Virus record (IMG/VR): IMGVR_UViG_3300029513_000230
Location: 1-64,000 of that record
Source: a virus
DNA length: 64,000 nucleotides
Strand: one strand, 5' to 3'
Shown: piece after piece, positions 9,672 through 20,017 of the stretch
Layout: each line of letters starts with the position of its first letter
Numbering within the stretch: the first letter of the stretch is position 1
The notes under the pieces: model-generated
Told to the model about the DNA's origin: nothing
Seen by the model: only the letters and a program-made list of their open reading frames with translations
The model's database searches: none
Position numbers and translations under genes: made by a program

Positions 9672-9787
9672 CGTTTCACCCTAACGGGTGCTTATTCAAT
9701 CAGAAAATCAGTCACAATTTACAAAGCAGGTCTCCGTCCGTGAGGATATGAGACCTTTTCACATCAAGAAATTTAAATCAACAACAT

Positions 9788-10018
9788 ATGATAAAGAGAA
9801 ACCAAGCATGGTTCTGGAAGATATTCCGGGCCATAAAGAGCATTACCATCTTTACTTTTAGGATGGTCTTAGCTACCGTACTAGGGCTAATGTCAATAGT
9901 GTCAATATTTGAGTGGTACGATAAGCCATTCAATATCCACCTCTTGATCCTAGGGATTATATCAGTTTTTATTGTGGTACATCAAATCGTGATCATGACC
10001 TATGAATCAGAAAAATGA
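9788..10018 (+). CDS. small membrane protein
   Basis: 76 aa, two TM segments. Confidence 0.4.
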   Translation: MIKRNQAWFWKIFRAIKSITIFTFRMVLATVLGLMSIVSIFEWYDKPFNIHLLILGIISVFIVVHQIVIMTYESEK

Positions 10019-10164
10019 TTCCGGGGTATTATACGTGGTACAAGCCCCTTCAAGACTTAACCGCTCAAGGAAAGACTATATACTAGACGAGTTAAAAGAG
10101 CTTAGTAAAGAGGAGCTTATAAAAATAAGAAAAGACATTGTAGAACTAATAAACGATAAATAAA

Positions 10165-11274
10165 ATGGCTGCTATAAAATCTTACAAGGGATTTGACAAA
10201 AATTTAAAATGCCGGGATTTTCAATATGAAATAGGCAAGGAATATGAGATGGATGGAGAGATCAAGGTGTGTAACAGAGGGTTTCACGCTTGCGAAAGCC
10301 CATTTGATGTTTTTGATCACTATACTATGATAGACTCTAGGTTTTGCGAAGTAGAGCAAGACGGGAATATATCCAAGGAGGATAGAGGGACAAAGATTTG
10401 CTCCTCGAAAATAAAAATAAAAGCAGAGTTAAAATTGGCTGACATGATCTATCTTGGAGTCGAATGGCTAAAAGAGATCACATCACCTGAAAAAATAAAA
10501 ACGAGCATAAAGGATAATTCATCCGGCTACGGTGCCAAGATAGGATCATCCGGCTACGGTGCCAAGATAGGATCATCCGGCAACGATGCCAAGATAGGAT
10601 CATCCGGCAACGATGCCAAGATAGGATCATCCGGCAACTATGCCCAGATAGGATCATCCGGCAACGATGCCCAGATAGGATCATCCGGCAACGATGCCCA
10701 GATAGGATCATCCGGCAACTATGCCCAGATAGGATCATCCGGCTACGGTGCCAAGATAGGATCATCCGGCTACGGTGCCAAGATAGGATCATCCGGCTAC
10801 GGTGCCAAGATAGGATCATCCGGCTACGATGCCCAGATAGGATCATCCGGCAACTATGCCCAGATAGGATCATCCGGCGACGGTGCCCAGATAGGATCAT
10901 CCGGCGACGATGCCCAGATAGGATCATCCGGCAACGATGCCCAGATAGGATCATCCGGCAACGATGCCAAGATAGGATCATCCGGCAACTATGCCCAGAT
11001 AGGATCATCCGGCAACTATGCCAAGATAGGATCATCCGGCGACGGTGCCCAGATAGACAGCACAGGCGAAGGCTGTGTCATCATGTGCGCAGGTATTAAC
11101 TCTGTAGCAAAAGCCTCAAAAGGATCATGGATAACATTATCCGAATGGTCTTATTCTGATAAAAAGCAAAGATATATCCCCGTTTGCGTAAAAACGGAAT
11201 TTGTTGATGGGGAGAAGATAAAGGCGGATACATATTACAAATTAGCTGGAGGGGTATTTAAAGAAATACAATAG
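10165..11274 (+). CDS. repeat-containing protein (N-terminal Cys/His-containing domain + 20 x 9-aa IGSSG-x-x-A-x repeats)
   Basis: 369-aa ORF. The central 540 nt consist of a near-perfect 27-bp tandem array. Confidence 0.7.
   Translation: MAAIKSYKGFDKNLKCRDFQYEIGKEYEMDGEIKVCNRGFHACESPFDVFDHYTMIDSRFCEVEQDGNISKEDRGTKICSSKIKIKAELKLADMIYLGVEWLKEITSPEKIKTSIKDNSSGYGAKIGSSGYGAKIGSSGNDAKIGSSGNDAKIGSSGNYAQIGSSGNDAQIGSSGNDAQIGSSGNYAQIGSSGYGAKIGSSGYGAKIGSSGYGAKIGSSGYDAQIGSSGNYAQIGSSGDGAQIGSSGDDAQIGSSGNDAQIGSSGNDAKIGSSGNYAQIGSSGNYAKIGSSGDGAQIDSTGEGCVIMCAGINSVAKASKGSWITLSEWSYSDKKQRYIPVCVKTEFVDGEKIKADTYYKLAGGVFKEIQ
10519..11058 (+). repeat. 27-bp tandem repeat array (~20 copies) inside CDS 10165-11274
   Basis: Unit ggatcatccggc-NAC-GNT-gcc-MAG-ata. 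Variation is confined to three codons (N/Y/D; D/G/Y; K/Q). Confidence 0.85.
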
Positions 11275-11427
11275 TCCCAAGGCATTGCTTATCGGAGGAT
11301 CGCATGAGAGACATCTACATCAAAGACCCCGACGGCGAACCGGAGTACGACGGGGAGGAGGACAACGAGGAATATGAGGAGAGCATGGAAGAGCTTAGGT
11401 TCCTGTTTGATTCTTATAATTGGTAAA

Positions 11428-11584
11428 CCTGCCCTTACGAGGTGCAACCCCGCCCCAGACCGGCAACCGATATCCTAGACAAGTGGTAGGCCATGACGAT
11501 ATCATTGGCCCGGTGGAAAGGGACACGGTAATAAGGGCAGGGCGGCCGATGGTCTTAGTCCGGGTTCGACTCCCGGAGGCTGAC
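11428..11584 (+). ncRNA. structured RNA/tRNA-like element (long-range stem CCTGCCCTTA...TAAGGGCAGG; T-arm CCGGG-TTCGACT-CCCGG)
   Basis: Canonical T-loop GGTTCGACTCC followed by 7 nt + C. No matching 5' acceptor strand found by hand. The overlapping ORFs (11395-11598 -, 11420-11635 +) look spurious. Confidence 0.3.
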
Positions 11585-11604
11585 GAATTTAAATACACGA
11601 TAAC

Positions 11605-12279
11605 ATGGACAAATCAGAAGAGATTGACAAATTAGCGATAGCGTTGGCCAAGTTCCAAGGATCGCTAGAGCAACCAAGCCTCAATTCCGAGGTTGAGGTA
11701 GAAACTAAAATGGGAGGAAAGTACAAGTTTAAATACGCAGACCTATCCGAATGCAAAAGGGCGGCGAAACAACCATTAGCTGAAAACGAACTTGCTGTAT
11801 GTCAGCTAATAGAGGATGATTACTCTATCCGTACCATACTGCTTCATTCCTCCGGTCAATGGATATCGTCCAAGGTAAGGATGCCATCTAATACGGCGAA
11901 CGCTCAATCCATCGGATCGGCCATCACGTACGCCAAGAGATACGCCTTTTGCGCCATCCTAGGCATCGTGGCTGACGATGACGAGGACGCTAACATAGCG
12001 AGCGGTAATTCCGCCCAAAAGGAGCAGCCTAAGGAGCAGCCTAAAAAAACGGCAAACTCCAGAGTAAAGAAAGAGCTTACGAGAGATCATCTAAACAATG
12101 AGAGCGCAATGAAATCCATATCGGAGTGGCTATACAATAAAGAGAAGATAGCCAAGGAGGCCAACCAGCCATTCTCCGTAGAAAGCGTTATCAGCAATGC
12201 TTACATTATAGGAAAGGTAGAGATGGATTCTTTCGTAGAGATATATAACAACTATAAAATAAACAATAACCTGTCATGA
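11605..12279 (+). CDS. erf: ERF-family single-strand annealing recombinase
   Basis: Conserved ERF core ...SAITYAKRYAFCAILGI...; acidic and Gln-rich C-terminal tail. Confidence 0.75.
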   Translation: MDKSEEIDKLAIALAKFQGSLEQPSLNSEVEVETKMGGKYKFKYADLSECKRAAKQPLAENELAVCQLIEDDYSIRTILLHSSGQWISSKVRMPSNTANAQSIGSAITYAKRYAFCAILGIVADDDEDANIASGNSAQKEQPKEQPKKTANSRVKKELTRDHLNNESAMKSISEWLYNKEKIAKEANQPFSVESVISNAYIIGKVEMDSFVEIYNNYKINNNLS

Positions 12280-12755
12280 GCAAAGAACTAGAGCTAAGCG
12301 GCAAGACCCCGCTAACGAAAAGCGATATCGAGGCTTTATCAGTAGACCTTTTGAACCCGGTACTAGAAGGAGAGGTAGATCCCGTATCACACGTCGTCAA
12401 GTTAAAGGCGATGCAAGAGACCATCAAGAGGACGCTGGACGATGACCGGATGAAGGACGCCGTCCTTTCCGAGATCGAGAAATACGGGAAGGAGCGCTCT
12501 TGGAACGGGGCCACGGTCAAGATAAAGGAGACAGGCGTATCCTACGACCACTCCAATTGCAATGATCCGGTCTACGCTAGGCTGATCGAGGAAAGGATGC
12601 TTCTCGATGCCAAGATAAAAGAACGGGAGGCGTTCCTGAAGACGGTGCCGGATAATACCACGGTCGTTGATGACGAGACCGGGGAGATATACACGATCCA
12701 TCCGGCGATAAGGATGGCTAAGATGTCATACTCTATAACATTCAACAAAAAATAA
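12276..12755 (+). CDS. hypothetical phage protein
   Basis: ORF overlapping the erf stop (ATGA). Confidence 0.5.
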   Translation: MSKELELSGKTPLTKSDIEALSVDLLNPVLEGEVDPVSHVVKLKAMQETIKRTLDDDRMKDAVLSEIEKYGKERSWNGATVKIKETGVSYDHSNCNDPVYARLIEERMLLDAKIKEREAFLKTVPDNTTVVDDETGEIYTIHPAIRMAKMSYSITFNKK

Positions 12756-12852
12756 TCCACGCATGCCGTGGCTACGGGACGGTGGTTATCCCCGCCGTAG
12801 CGAATAACCGACCGCCCCGCTTATAAATCTAAAATTTAAAATCATAAACATT

Positions 12853-13158
12853 ATGGCGAATTTATACGGCTCAATCTGCTTGAGCGACATACCGAAGGAG
12901 TTGATGAAAAAAGTAATGACGGCCAAGGGAGAGAAGATCTTCCTCAATATCTCGATCGGGGAGAAAAAAGAGCCTGTCACGTTCGACAACCGCACCTATA
13001 CGCATTATGTGTCTTGCGCCCCAAGGAAAGAGGAGCGAAAGGAAGGTGTTTATTACGGCATAGGTGACTTGATGGAATCCACGTTCAAGAACAACATCCC
13101 CTCACCGGAGGATATCAACAACGCCCCATCGGTCGATGATTCGGATCTCCCCTTTTAA
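12853..13158 (+). CDS. hypothetical protein
   Basis: ORF only. Confidence 0.45.
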   Translation: MANLYGSICLSDIPKELMKKVMTAKGEKIFLNISIGEKKEPVTFDNRTYTHYVSCAPRKEERKEGVYYGIGDLMESTFKNNIPSPEDINNAPSVDDSDLPF

Positions 13159-13160
13159 TC

Positions 13161-13595
13161 ATGGAACTATACTTGCTCAACACCGCCAGCGGATTGAGGC
13201 CATGCTATGATTCCGACTATGACGAGAAGAAAAAGCTCAAGCTAGGCAAGATCTACAAGGCCAAGATAACGCTGGCACGGAACATAGATTTCCATAGGAA
13301 GTATTTCGCCTTGATAAATTGCGCATGGTCTTACCAGAACGAGAAGACCACGGCGCATTTCAAGGAGAGCGTGGAGTGCTTCCGGAAGACTGTAGAGATC
13401 GCCGCCGGGCATTGCGATACGGCCTATAGTATATCACGTAAGGAATGGATAGAGATCCCGAAGTCGATAGCCTTCGACAAGATGGACGAGGCCGAGTTCA
13501 TGGATCTCTACGAGCGTGTGAAGGACGTGCTTTTCTCGGTATTCCTTCGGGGGATATCAGAATACGATTTCATGAGAAACCTATCTAATTTTTAG
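13161..13595 (+). CDS. hypothetical protein
   Basis: ORF only. Confidence 0.45.
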   Translation: MELYLLNTASGLRPCYDSDYDEKKKLKLGKIYKAKITLARNIDFHRKYFALINCAWSYQNEKTTAHFKESVECFRKTVEIAAGHCDTAYSISRKEWIEIPKSIAFDKMDEAEFMDLYERVKDVLFSVFLRGISEYDFMRNLSNF

Positions 13596-13881
13596 TCATG
13601 AGAAAAAGCGACAGGCCTCCAAATTACCTTATCAATAAGATCGTGAGGCATGCAAACATTATTATCACAGCCCCTTATGGCAGCGTCAGATACATGGATG
13701 CGGCCAGACTCCTTAAAAAGGAGGTCAAGAAGCTAGAAACCTATAAGAAAAATGAGAGATCTTAAATACTGCCTCAATGAGGATTGCTGTAAAAGACATT
13801 GCCTCTGCCATCAACGGCAAAAACATTGGAAAGACCCGTCTAAAAAAGATGGGGAAACTGTAAGGCCGGAATCGGCCTTAC

Positions 13882-14535
13882 TTGACGGGAATACTCCTTG
13901 CAAAGGGTATGTCCCACAATACGAAAGAAGAAAATATAATATTAAATATTAATGATATGGGAAAGAGAAAAGAAGGTTCTTACAACTTTGACAAGAACGT
14001 ACAAATGTTTTTGGCTTGCGCAAAGGACGATTACCGTCCCGCTATGGAATGCGTATATTTCAAGGGAGATTGGGCCTACGCCAGTGACGGACATATTATC
14101 GTTAAAAACAGGATATCCGAATGCTCAAACCTTGACGAAGCCATGATACAGGCGTTAGACGGCAAATTACTGCATAGTCTATTTTTTAAGGACATGTTGA
14201 AATATGATGACATCCTTATCTCTGATGACGGAATAGAGTGCCATAAGAAGAATGACAAGGCGTTCTTCTATTTCGCGGATGAGAACTTAAAATATCCAGA
14301 CGCAGAGAAAGTGATACAAAATTATCAGGCAAAACCCAGCGTTCCGCTTCCTCAAATATCCTTTAACATGGGCTTATTCGACATAATGAGGAAAGCTTTA
14401 TATGAATGCGAACGATGCACGGCTACTTTCAAGGGCGTTAACGATGCCATCATTTTTGACAGCATGGTAGAAGACGTAAGCAGTATCGGATTAATCATGC
14501 CTTTATACAATGAGGCACTAAACCAACAAATATGA
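13882..14535 (+). CDS. hypothetical protein
   Basis: ORF only. Confidence 0.45.
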   Translation: MTGILLAKGMSHNTKEENIILNINDMGKRKEGSYNFDKNVQMFLACAKDDYRPAMECVYFKGDWAYASDGHIIVKNRISECSNLDEAMIQALDGKLLHSLFFKDMLKYDDILISDDGIECHKKNDKAFFYFADENLKYPDAEKVIQNYQAKPSVPLPQISFNMGLFDIMRKALYECERCTATFKGVNDAIIFDSMVEDVSSIGLIMPLYNEALNQQI

Positions 14536-14691
14536 GAAATTTTATCAACAAACATTGGGTATTGATATTGGCCATAGCCTTTATTCCGGCAGGGAACAGA
14601 GTTTTTAACCATGTTGACGCATGGCTAGGAATAGTCATTATGTTAACTAGTTCATTATTTATAATTTACAAACTATTTAATTTTATCAAGA

Positions 14692-15504
14692 ATGAAAAGG
14701 ACAAGTTTTAAGTTTTTTACTATAGCGATAATCGCTATGGTATTTTTATCCTCTTGTGAACGTGTAGCACCTAATTACGCTGGGGTATTGATGGAAAATT
14801 ACGGGAAACAAGGGAAGGAGGATTTCAAGGTCGTATCAGGCAGGGTTTCAACTTGGGAATGGGGCACGGAATTATTTCAAGTCCCGCTATTCGACCAACG
14901 AGGCGAGTTCGGAAGCCCTGTCACGTTAAAAGCCGCAGACAATACGGAGTTTAACGCACGCCCCACTTACTCCTACAAGGTTATCAAAAACAGGGCAATA
15001 GACGTTGTTTTCGATAACAAGCACATAGACAAGGCCGATACGGAATCAGGCAAAGACGGTTTCATGCAATCATTGGAGGATAACATACTAGAACCTCGCA
15101 TCTATGACCTGATCAAGGAGGAAAGCCGTAAACATAAGACCGACAGCTTAATGGCAGACGGAGGTTCGCTTCTTTTTGAGAAACGCCTTGAGCAGATTGT
15201 AGATAAGGAATTCGAGAAAAGAGGTCTTCAATTACTCACATTCTCGGCGCAATTAGAGTTTTCCAAGGCGGTTCGCGAGAAAATTGATAGTAGGAATGAA
15301 GTTAACACCAATATTTCGGTTTTAGACCAGCAGATAGCGGAGCAACGGAAACGCAACGAGTTGGAGCAATTGAAAACGGAACAAGCGTTAATCACCTCGA
15401 GAGGATTGACTAAAGAAATTCTTTATAAGCAGTTTATCGACAAATGGGATGGTCGTACCCCCATTTATGGAGCGATACCCGATTTAATAAAGATTCAGAA
15501 CTAA
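14692..15504 (+). CDS. lipoprotein, possible SPFH/band-7-like
   Basis: Signal peptide plus lipobox (FLSSC); C-terminal coiled-coil with EAE/Q-rich segment resembling SPFH-family tails. Confidence 0.45.
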   Translation: MKRTSFKFFTIAIIAMVFLSSCERVAPNYAGVLMENYGKQGKEDFKVVSGRVSTWEWGTELFQVPLFDQRGEFGSPVTLKAADNTEFNARPTYSYKVIKNRAIDVVFDNKHIDKADTESGKDGFMQSLEDNILEPRIYDLIKEESRKHKTDSLMADGGSLLFEKRLEQIVDKEFEKRGLQLLTFSAQLEFSKAVREKIDSRNEVNTNISVLDQQIAEQRKRNELEQLKTEQALITSRGLTKEILYKQFIDKWDGRTPIYGAIPDLIKIQN

Positions 15505-15586
15505 GGATATTAATATTAGAGTGTGTTTTTCATGGTATTAGATTTAGTTTTTATCCCCGCCGTCCGTGAGGATACGCGGGGATTTC

Positions 15587-15664
15587 GGGCGGTAAGTATT
15601 CCGGGATGAAACGTTACGGAGTGCGCATGACGTAAAGAGGCCGGTTCGATCCCGGCACCGTCCA
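15587..15664 (+). tRNA. tRNA-like element with canonical T-arm/acceptor but aberrant anticodon region
   Basis: Acceptor GGGCGGT/ACCGTCC with one G-U pair; T-arm GCCGG-TTCGATC-CCGGC. The middle forms a TTACG/CGTAA stem with a 12-nt loop, i.e. no canonical 7-nt anticodon loop. Confidence 0.35.
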
Positions 15665-15809
15665 CGAATAACAAACATCTAATTATGGAAACAATACAGA
15701 ATTTAGATCACTTGACAATGGCCATGTACCTTATCACCGCAATACTCGGACTTATAGCAGTGATCTTGGCCATATTCTTACTAATAAACGATAAAGAAAG
15801 GAGGAATCC

Positions 15810-16307
15810 ATGGGAAAGAAAAGATACGAATTAGTGATAGCCGTTGACCCGGACATAGATAAATCCGGCGTATGCGTACTGTCTCCTTCAACGAGACAGC
15901 TAATTCTAAAGAGCCTCCCCTTCCCTTCCTTGATTGACTTTATCAAGGAGGCAAGAGAGAGATACAAGGGGATAGACATAGTGGTCATTGTCGAGGCCGG
16001 ATGGCTTAACGAAAAAAGCAACTACCATAAGGCTAGGGGTAAATCCGGCGAGAGGATAGCCAAGTATGTAGGTCGTAACCAGCAAACCGGGATATTGCTT
16101 CTCCAGATGTGCGAGCACATAGGGATTCCCTGCGAGGAGGTAAAGCCTTTGACCAAGCATTGGAAAGGGGACGAGGGCAAGATAACCCATGAGGAACTCT
16201 CCTACATAGTCGGTCCCTTGCCTAAGAGAACGAACCAAGACCAACGTGACGCTACGATTCTGGCTTGGTGGTACGCCGATCTACCAATAAAAATAAAGAC
16301 TTGGTGA
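15810..16307 (+). CDS. RuvC-like Holliday-junction resolvase
   Basis: N-terminal VIAVDPDIDKSGV and C-terminal DQRDATILAWW acidic motifs typical of phage RuvC-family resolvases. Confidence 0.7.
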   Translation: MGKKRYELVIAVDPDIDKSGVCVLSPSTRQLILKSLPFPSLIDFIKEARERYKGIDIVVIVEAGWLNEKSNYHKARGKSGERIAKYVGRNQQTGILLLQMCEHIGIPCEEVKPLTKHWKGDEGKITHEELSYIVGPLPKRTNQDQRDATILAWWYADLPIKIKTW

Positions 16308-16465
16308 TATGGCGAAGAAGAAAGACGAGCAAGAAAAGGTGAAATGTGGCGATTGCGCCAACGGACATCCTCACAAGGGGCTATGCGTTTGGTGCATCAT
16401 ACATGACGCTGGACGGGTAGCTAACTCCACGAGATTTTGTAACACTTTTAAAAAGAGAAAATAAT

Positions 16466-16786
16466 ATGGAACAAGAGAAATTTGATTTATGGTGCGTGGT
16501 CGAGTTATTCGGCCATTCAAGGATAGCGGGAAGATGTACGGAACAGAACGTGGCCGGTACCAATATGCTTCGGGTAGACGTTCCGGATACGAGTAACCAG
16601 CCCGGTTTCACCCGCTTTCTCTCATCGGGGGCCATATACGCTATAAATCCTGTCTCCGAGGAAGTGGCAAGGCAAATGGCGGAGAACCTGCAAATACAAC
16701 CTGTAAACATATGGGATGTAAACCACCTTGTAGACCAGAAACTAAAGTCCTTGCAGGGAGGAGAATCCCCAGATTTTGATTTTTAG
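16466..16786 (+). CDS. hypothetical protein
   Basis: ORF only. Confidence 0.45.
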   Translation: MEQEKFDLWCVVELFGHSRIAGRCTEQNVAGTNMLRVDVPDTSNQPGFTRFLSSGAIYAINPVSEEVARQMAENLQIQPVNIWDVNHLVDQKLKSLQGGESPDFDF

Positions 16787-16952
16787 TATATGGATAAGGG
16801 TTTCATAATGCTCTCTCGTAAGTTTTTTTCTAATGAAATGTGGGAAGCAGCCCGGACATTCTCGGAGTGCGAAGCGTGGCTTGATCTAATACAATCGGCA
16901 CGATTTGAGGCAACCGACACGATCGAATGTATCGGAGGTAGAGAAATAACAT

Positions 16953-17525
16953 ATGGGAGAGGATAATAAATCCTCTCTATTTTATAATAATCATTTAGAT
17001 AACTGTATGAAAAGAGGACTAAGCAAGCTTACCCCCAAGGAGCTATCTATGTTAAATAAGACTATTAAAGGGAAACGGATAGTATCCTTTTATTCTGAAG
17101 ATGGGGATATAATTAATGAAATGATGCCTTCTTGCGATAAACTTCGAAAATTCAAAATTAAGCATGCTATCATTTATGCACTTGATGGAACAATAGTAAA
17201 GCGCATTCCAATCGGTGGCAGAGCAATATATCTTTTTGCAGAGAATCATGGAATAAGCTCAAGAATGAGAGAGGCAATTCGTGAAGAGGCCATGAAACTA
17301 AATGACAGTATAAAAAGAAAAGTATTTGAAAGAGACGGTAGATATTGTGCTGTTTGTGGATGTTCTGAAAAACTCTGCATAGATCATATTATTCCTGTAT
17401 CAAGAGGAGGCTTTACAGTTTTGGACAATCTTCAAGTATTATGTGAGAAATGTAATTTACAGAAAAGCAATATGACAATGGAAGAATTTAAATTATGGAG
17501 AAATAAACATGGCACGACCAAATAA
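16953..17525 (+). CDS. HNH endonuclease
   Basis: CAVCGC...[11 protein letters not shown]...[10 protein letters not shown], an HNH motif with a zinc-binding Cys pair. Confidence 0.8.
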   Translation: MGEDNKSSLFYNNHLDNCMKRGLSKLTPKELSMLNKTIKGKRIVSFYSEDGDIINEMMPSCDKLRKFKIKHAIIYALDGTIVKRIPIGGRAIYLFAENHGISSRMREAIREEAMKLNDSIKRKVFERDGRYCAVCGCSEKLCIDHIIPVSRGGFTVLDNLQVLCEKCNLQKSNMTMEEFKLWRNKHGTTK

Positions 17526-18372
17526 AGAAGGGCTAGACTATTTCCCTTTCGATGTTGATTTCTTTTCTGATGAAAAAATAGGCTCAATATCGGGTGAATT
17601 TGGCATTAAGGGTGAGATCACCGCTATAAAGCTGCTTTGTGCGATATACCGAAATGGGTATTTCATATTGTGGAATGATGCGTTAAAGATGTCACTGCTT
17701 AGAGGTTTACCCGGCATTAGCTTAGAATTACTGGAGCAGATAGTAACACGCTTGGTTAGGTGGGGATTCTTTGAACAGACTCTGTTTAGCACGGTAAGTG
17801 TTCTAACTAGCAAAGGTATTCAGGAGCGATATTTCAAGGCTATAAAAAGAAGAAAAGATTCATCTAATTATCCTTACCTACTAGTTAATGTGGACAATAA
17901 TAAGGTTAATGTAAGCAATAATGACATTAATGTAAGCACAAACCCTATAAAGGAAAGAAAAGGAAATAAAAATAGAGAGAGTCTTAATACGCGTGAGACG
18001 CTTTTCGAGAATTTCAAGAATGAGTTATTGGGGGACGAGGAATGGCGCAGATACGCTTGCCAGATATCAGGATTGAGCGTCGCTTTCAATGACCTCATTC
18101 CCGGCGAGCTGGATAACTTCCTCGCTTGGATGGTATCCACCGGGGAAGGCGATACGCTAAAAACGATAGATGACGTTAAGAGACGATTCACCTATTGGTG
18201 GCAGGGAACAGGACTAAGGGCTTATAATCAAAGACATAATGGAGGAACAAGAAAAGAAACTTTCGGAGGCTATACAAGCCATGCGGGGGCCTACGGAAAA
18301 AGAGAGGCTCCAGCAAAAACAGGTGTTCAACCTAGTGAAGAAGCACGCAAGGACTATACAGAACGTTTCTAG
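17509..18372 (+). CDS. phage replication initiation protein (DnaD-like/DUF4373-type N-terminal domain)
   Basis: N-terminal ...[17 protein letters not shown]..., as in Lin1244-type replisome-organiser N-terminal domains; positioned before a DnaC-like gene. Confidence 0.55.
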   Translation: MARPNKEGLDYFPFDVDFFSDEKIGSISGEFGIKGEITAIKLLCAIYRNGYFILWNDALKMSLLRGLPGISLELLEQIVTRLVRWGFFEQTLFSTVSVLTSKGIQERYFKAIKRRKDSSNYPYLLVNVDNNKVNVSNNDINVSTNPIKERKGNKNRESLNTRETLFENFKNELLGDEEWRRYACQISGLSVAFNDLIPGELDNFLAWMVSTGEGDTLKTIDDVKRRFTYWWQGTGLRAYNQRHNGGTRKETFGGYTSHAGAYGKREAPAKTGVQPSEEARKDYTERF

Positions 18373-19027
18373 GTACGATCTCTCGGACGATACGGAGTAC
18401 ATCAGCCACGCCCGGATGATAAAGGCGCTAGGTTGTAATTACCTAGGGATCGAGAGGCGGCAATTCGAGACAGACAGGGGGAATGACAAGGTTTTGAGAT
18501 TCCTGTTGTATTATTTCAACGATTGCCCGTTGGCCGAATCCGTATTCCCGGAGGAGAACTATAAGCTGCACAAGAACCTCCTTATCGTGGGAGATCCGGG
18601 AACGGGCAAAACGCTCATGATGCAGATATTCGCCGATTACCTGAAATTGACGGATAACCCCAAACGCTTCGTGAACCTATCCGTGACCCAGATGATGAAC
18701 TATTACAAGATCCATGGTCACATAGACAGGTTCACGTACAACGAGGAGGCCGGGAAAGGGAGCATAGAAGGGAACCCGTTCGATATCTGCCTTAACGATA
18801 TCGGTCTTGAGACGGAGAACCAGAAAAGCTACGGCACCAGCCTTGACAGCGTAATAGACGAGTTCCTATACGCTAGGTACGAGATATACCAGTCCCATCA
18901 GAAGAAGTATCATATCACTTCCAACCTATCCGTCACGGATTTCAAGAATCGCTTCGGAGCTAGGCTGGTGGACAGGTTCAAGAGTTTTAACGTGATAATC
19001 CTAAACGGAGAAAGCAGGAGAAGATAA
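18239..19027 (+). CDS. DnaC/IstB-like AAA+ helicase loader (true start probably an internal Met)
   Basis: Walker A LLIVGDPGTGKTLMMQ; AAA+ spacing; overlaps the upstream gene by ~130 nt. Confidence 0.7.
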   Translation: MEEQEKKLSEAIQAMRGPTEKERLQQKQVFNLVKKHARTIQNVSRYDLSDDTEYISHARMIKALGCNYLGIERRQFETDRGNDKVLRFLLYYFNDCPLAESVFPEENYKLHKNLLIVGDPGTGKTLMMQIFADYLKLTDNPKRFVNLSVTQMMNYYKIHGHIDRFTYNEEAGKGSIEGNPFDICLNDIGLETENQKSYGTSLDSVIDEFLYARYEIYQSHQKKYHITSNLSVTDFKNRFGARLVDRFKSFNVIILNGESRRR

Positions 19028-19028
19028 C

Positions 19029-19262
19029 ATGGAAATAACAGAGAGATTGAGAAACACCCCTACCGGCTTTGTTATCCAAGTCGGGACAAACAGGGTGCAA
19101 GTCAAGCGCTTCGAGGCAATATACCAAGGGAAAGCGGTCGTATGCAGGGGATGCCTGTTCCGGGGCGATGGAGCTAGGGATTGCGAGTACAGCAAGGCTT
19201 GCATGGCCCATCTGAGGCCGGATCATGAGAGCGTAGTTTTTGCTAAAACAAATAAGGTTTAA
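19029..19262 (+). CDS. small Cys-rich protein
   Basis: VCRGC...C...C...H zinc-ribbon-like pattern. Confidence 0.4.
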   Translation: MEITERLRNTPTGFVIQVGTNRVQVKRFEAIYQGKAVVCRGCLFRGDGARDCEYSKACMAHLRPDHESVVFAKTNKV

Positions 19263-19322
19263 TCATTTATCATAGTTGAATACCGTATTCTCTATGATGA
19301 GAGTAAATAAAAATCAAATATT

Positions 19323-20006
19323 ATGGCTATAAGCGAAGTTTACAACGAGGATTGTATGGACTATATGAGAAACATTCCTGATAAATTCTTTGATCTAGCT
19401 ATCGTTGATCCACCGTATGGTATAGGAGAGGACTGGAAGAAAAGGAATAATGGGTATAAATTCAAGGATACATCCTATAAGAATAGCCCCATCAAGGATG
19501 CGTCATACTTCGATGAGTTAAAAAGAATTAGCAAGGATCAGATCATATGGGGATATAATTATTACACCCAATATCTAGGAAATACCAACTATTTGATTGT
19601 TTGGGATAAGATGAGCAACAATAACGATGTGTTTAAATACTCGAAATGTGAGATAGCCTACGTGTCAAAAAAAATCCCATGCAATCTTGTCTCCATTCCG
19701 TGGGATGGATATAGGATGGGACATGAGACCGGAAAGAGAAAGATACATCCACACCAAAAACCGCTCTCATTGTATTTATGGATTTTGAAAAATTACGCCA
19801 ATCCCGGTGACAAAATTTATGACTCTCATTTGGGGAGCGGAAGCAGCCGTATAGCCGCCTATAAAATGGGTTTTGATTTTTACGCAACCGAGATAGACAA
19901 GGAATATTTCAATGCCCAAGATAAAAGGTTTAAGGAAGAATGCCTAGGTGAAATCATATTACCTAGTGGTAAAAAGATAATACAGACATCAATGTTTCAA
20001 TTATAA
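19323..20006 (+). CDS. DNA N6-adenine/N4-cytosine methyltransferase (DPPY family)
   Basis: Catalytic motif IVDPPYG; amino-MTase fold size. Confidence 0.8.
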   Translation: MAISEVYNEDCMDYMRNIPDKFFDLAIVDPPYGIGEDWKKRNNGYKFKDTSYKNSPIKDASYFDELKRISKDQIIWGYNYYTQYLGNTNYLIVWDKMSNNNDVFKYSKCEIAYVSKKIPCNLVSIPWDGYRMGHETGKRKIHPHQKPLSLYLWILKNYANPGDKIYDSHLGSGSSRIAAYKMGFDFYATEIDKEYFNAQDKRFKEECLGEIILPSGKKIIQTSMFQL

Positions 20007-20017
20007 ATAAAACGATC

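Noticed and set aside
10478-11035. 185-aa minus-strand ORF consisting of MILSGHRCR repeats
   Set aside because: Mirror-image reading of the 27-bp tandem array inside CDS 10165-11274. Not an independent gene.
11428-11584. tmRNA interpretation of the structured RNA ending in GGTTCGACTCC
   Set aside because: At ~155 nt it is far too short for tmRNA, and no tag-peptide reading frame or pseudoknot series is evident.
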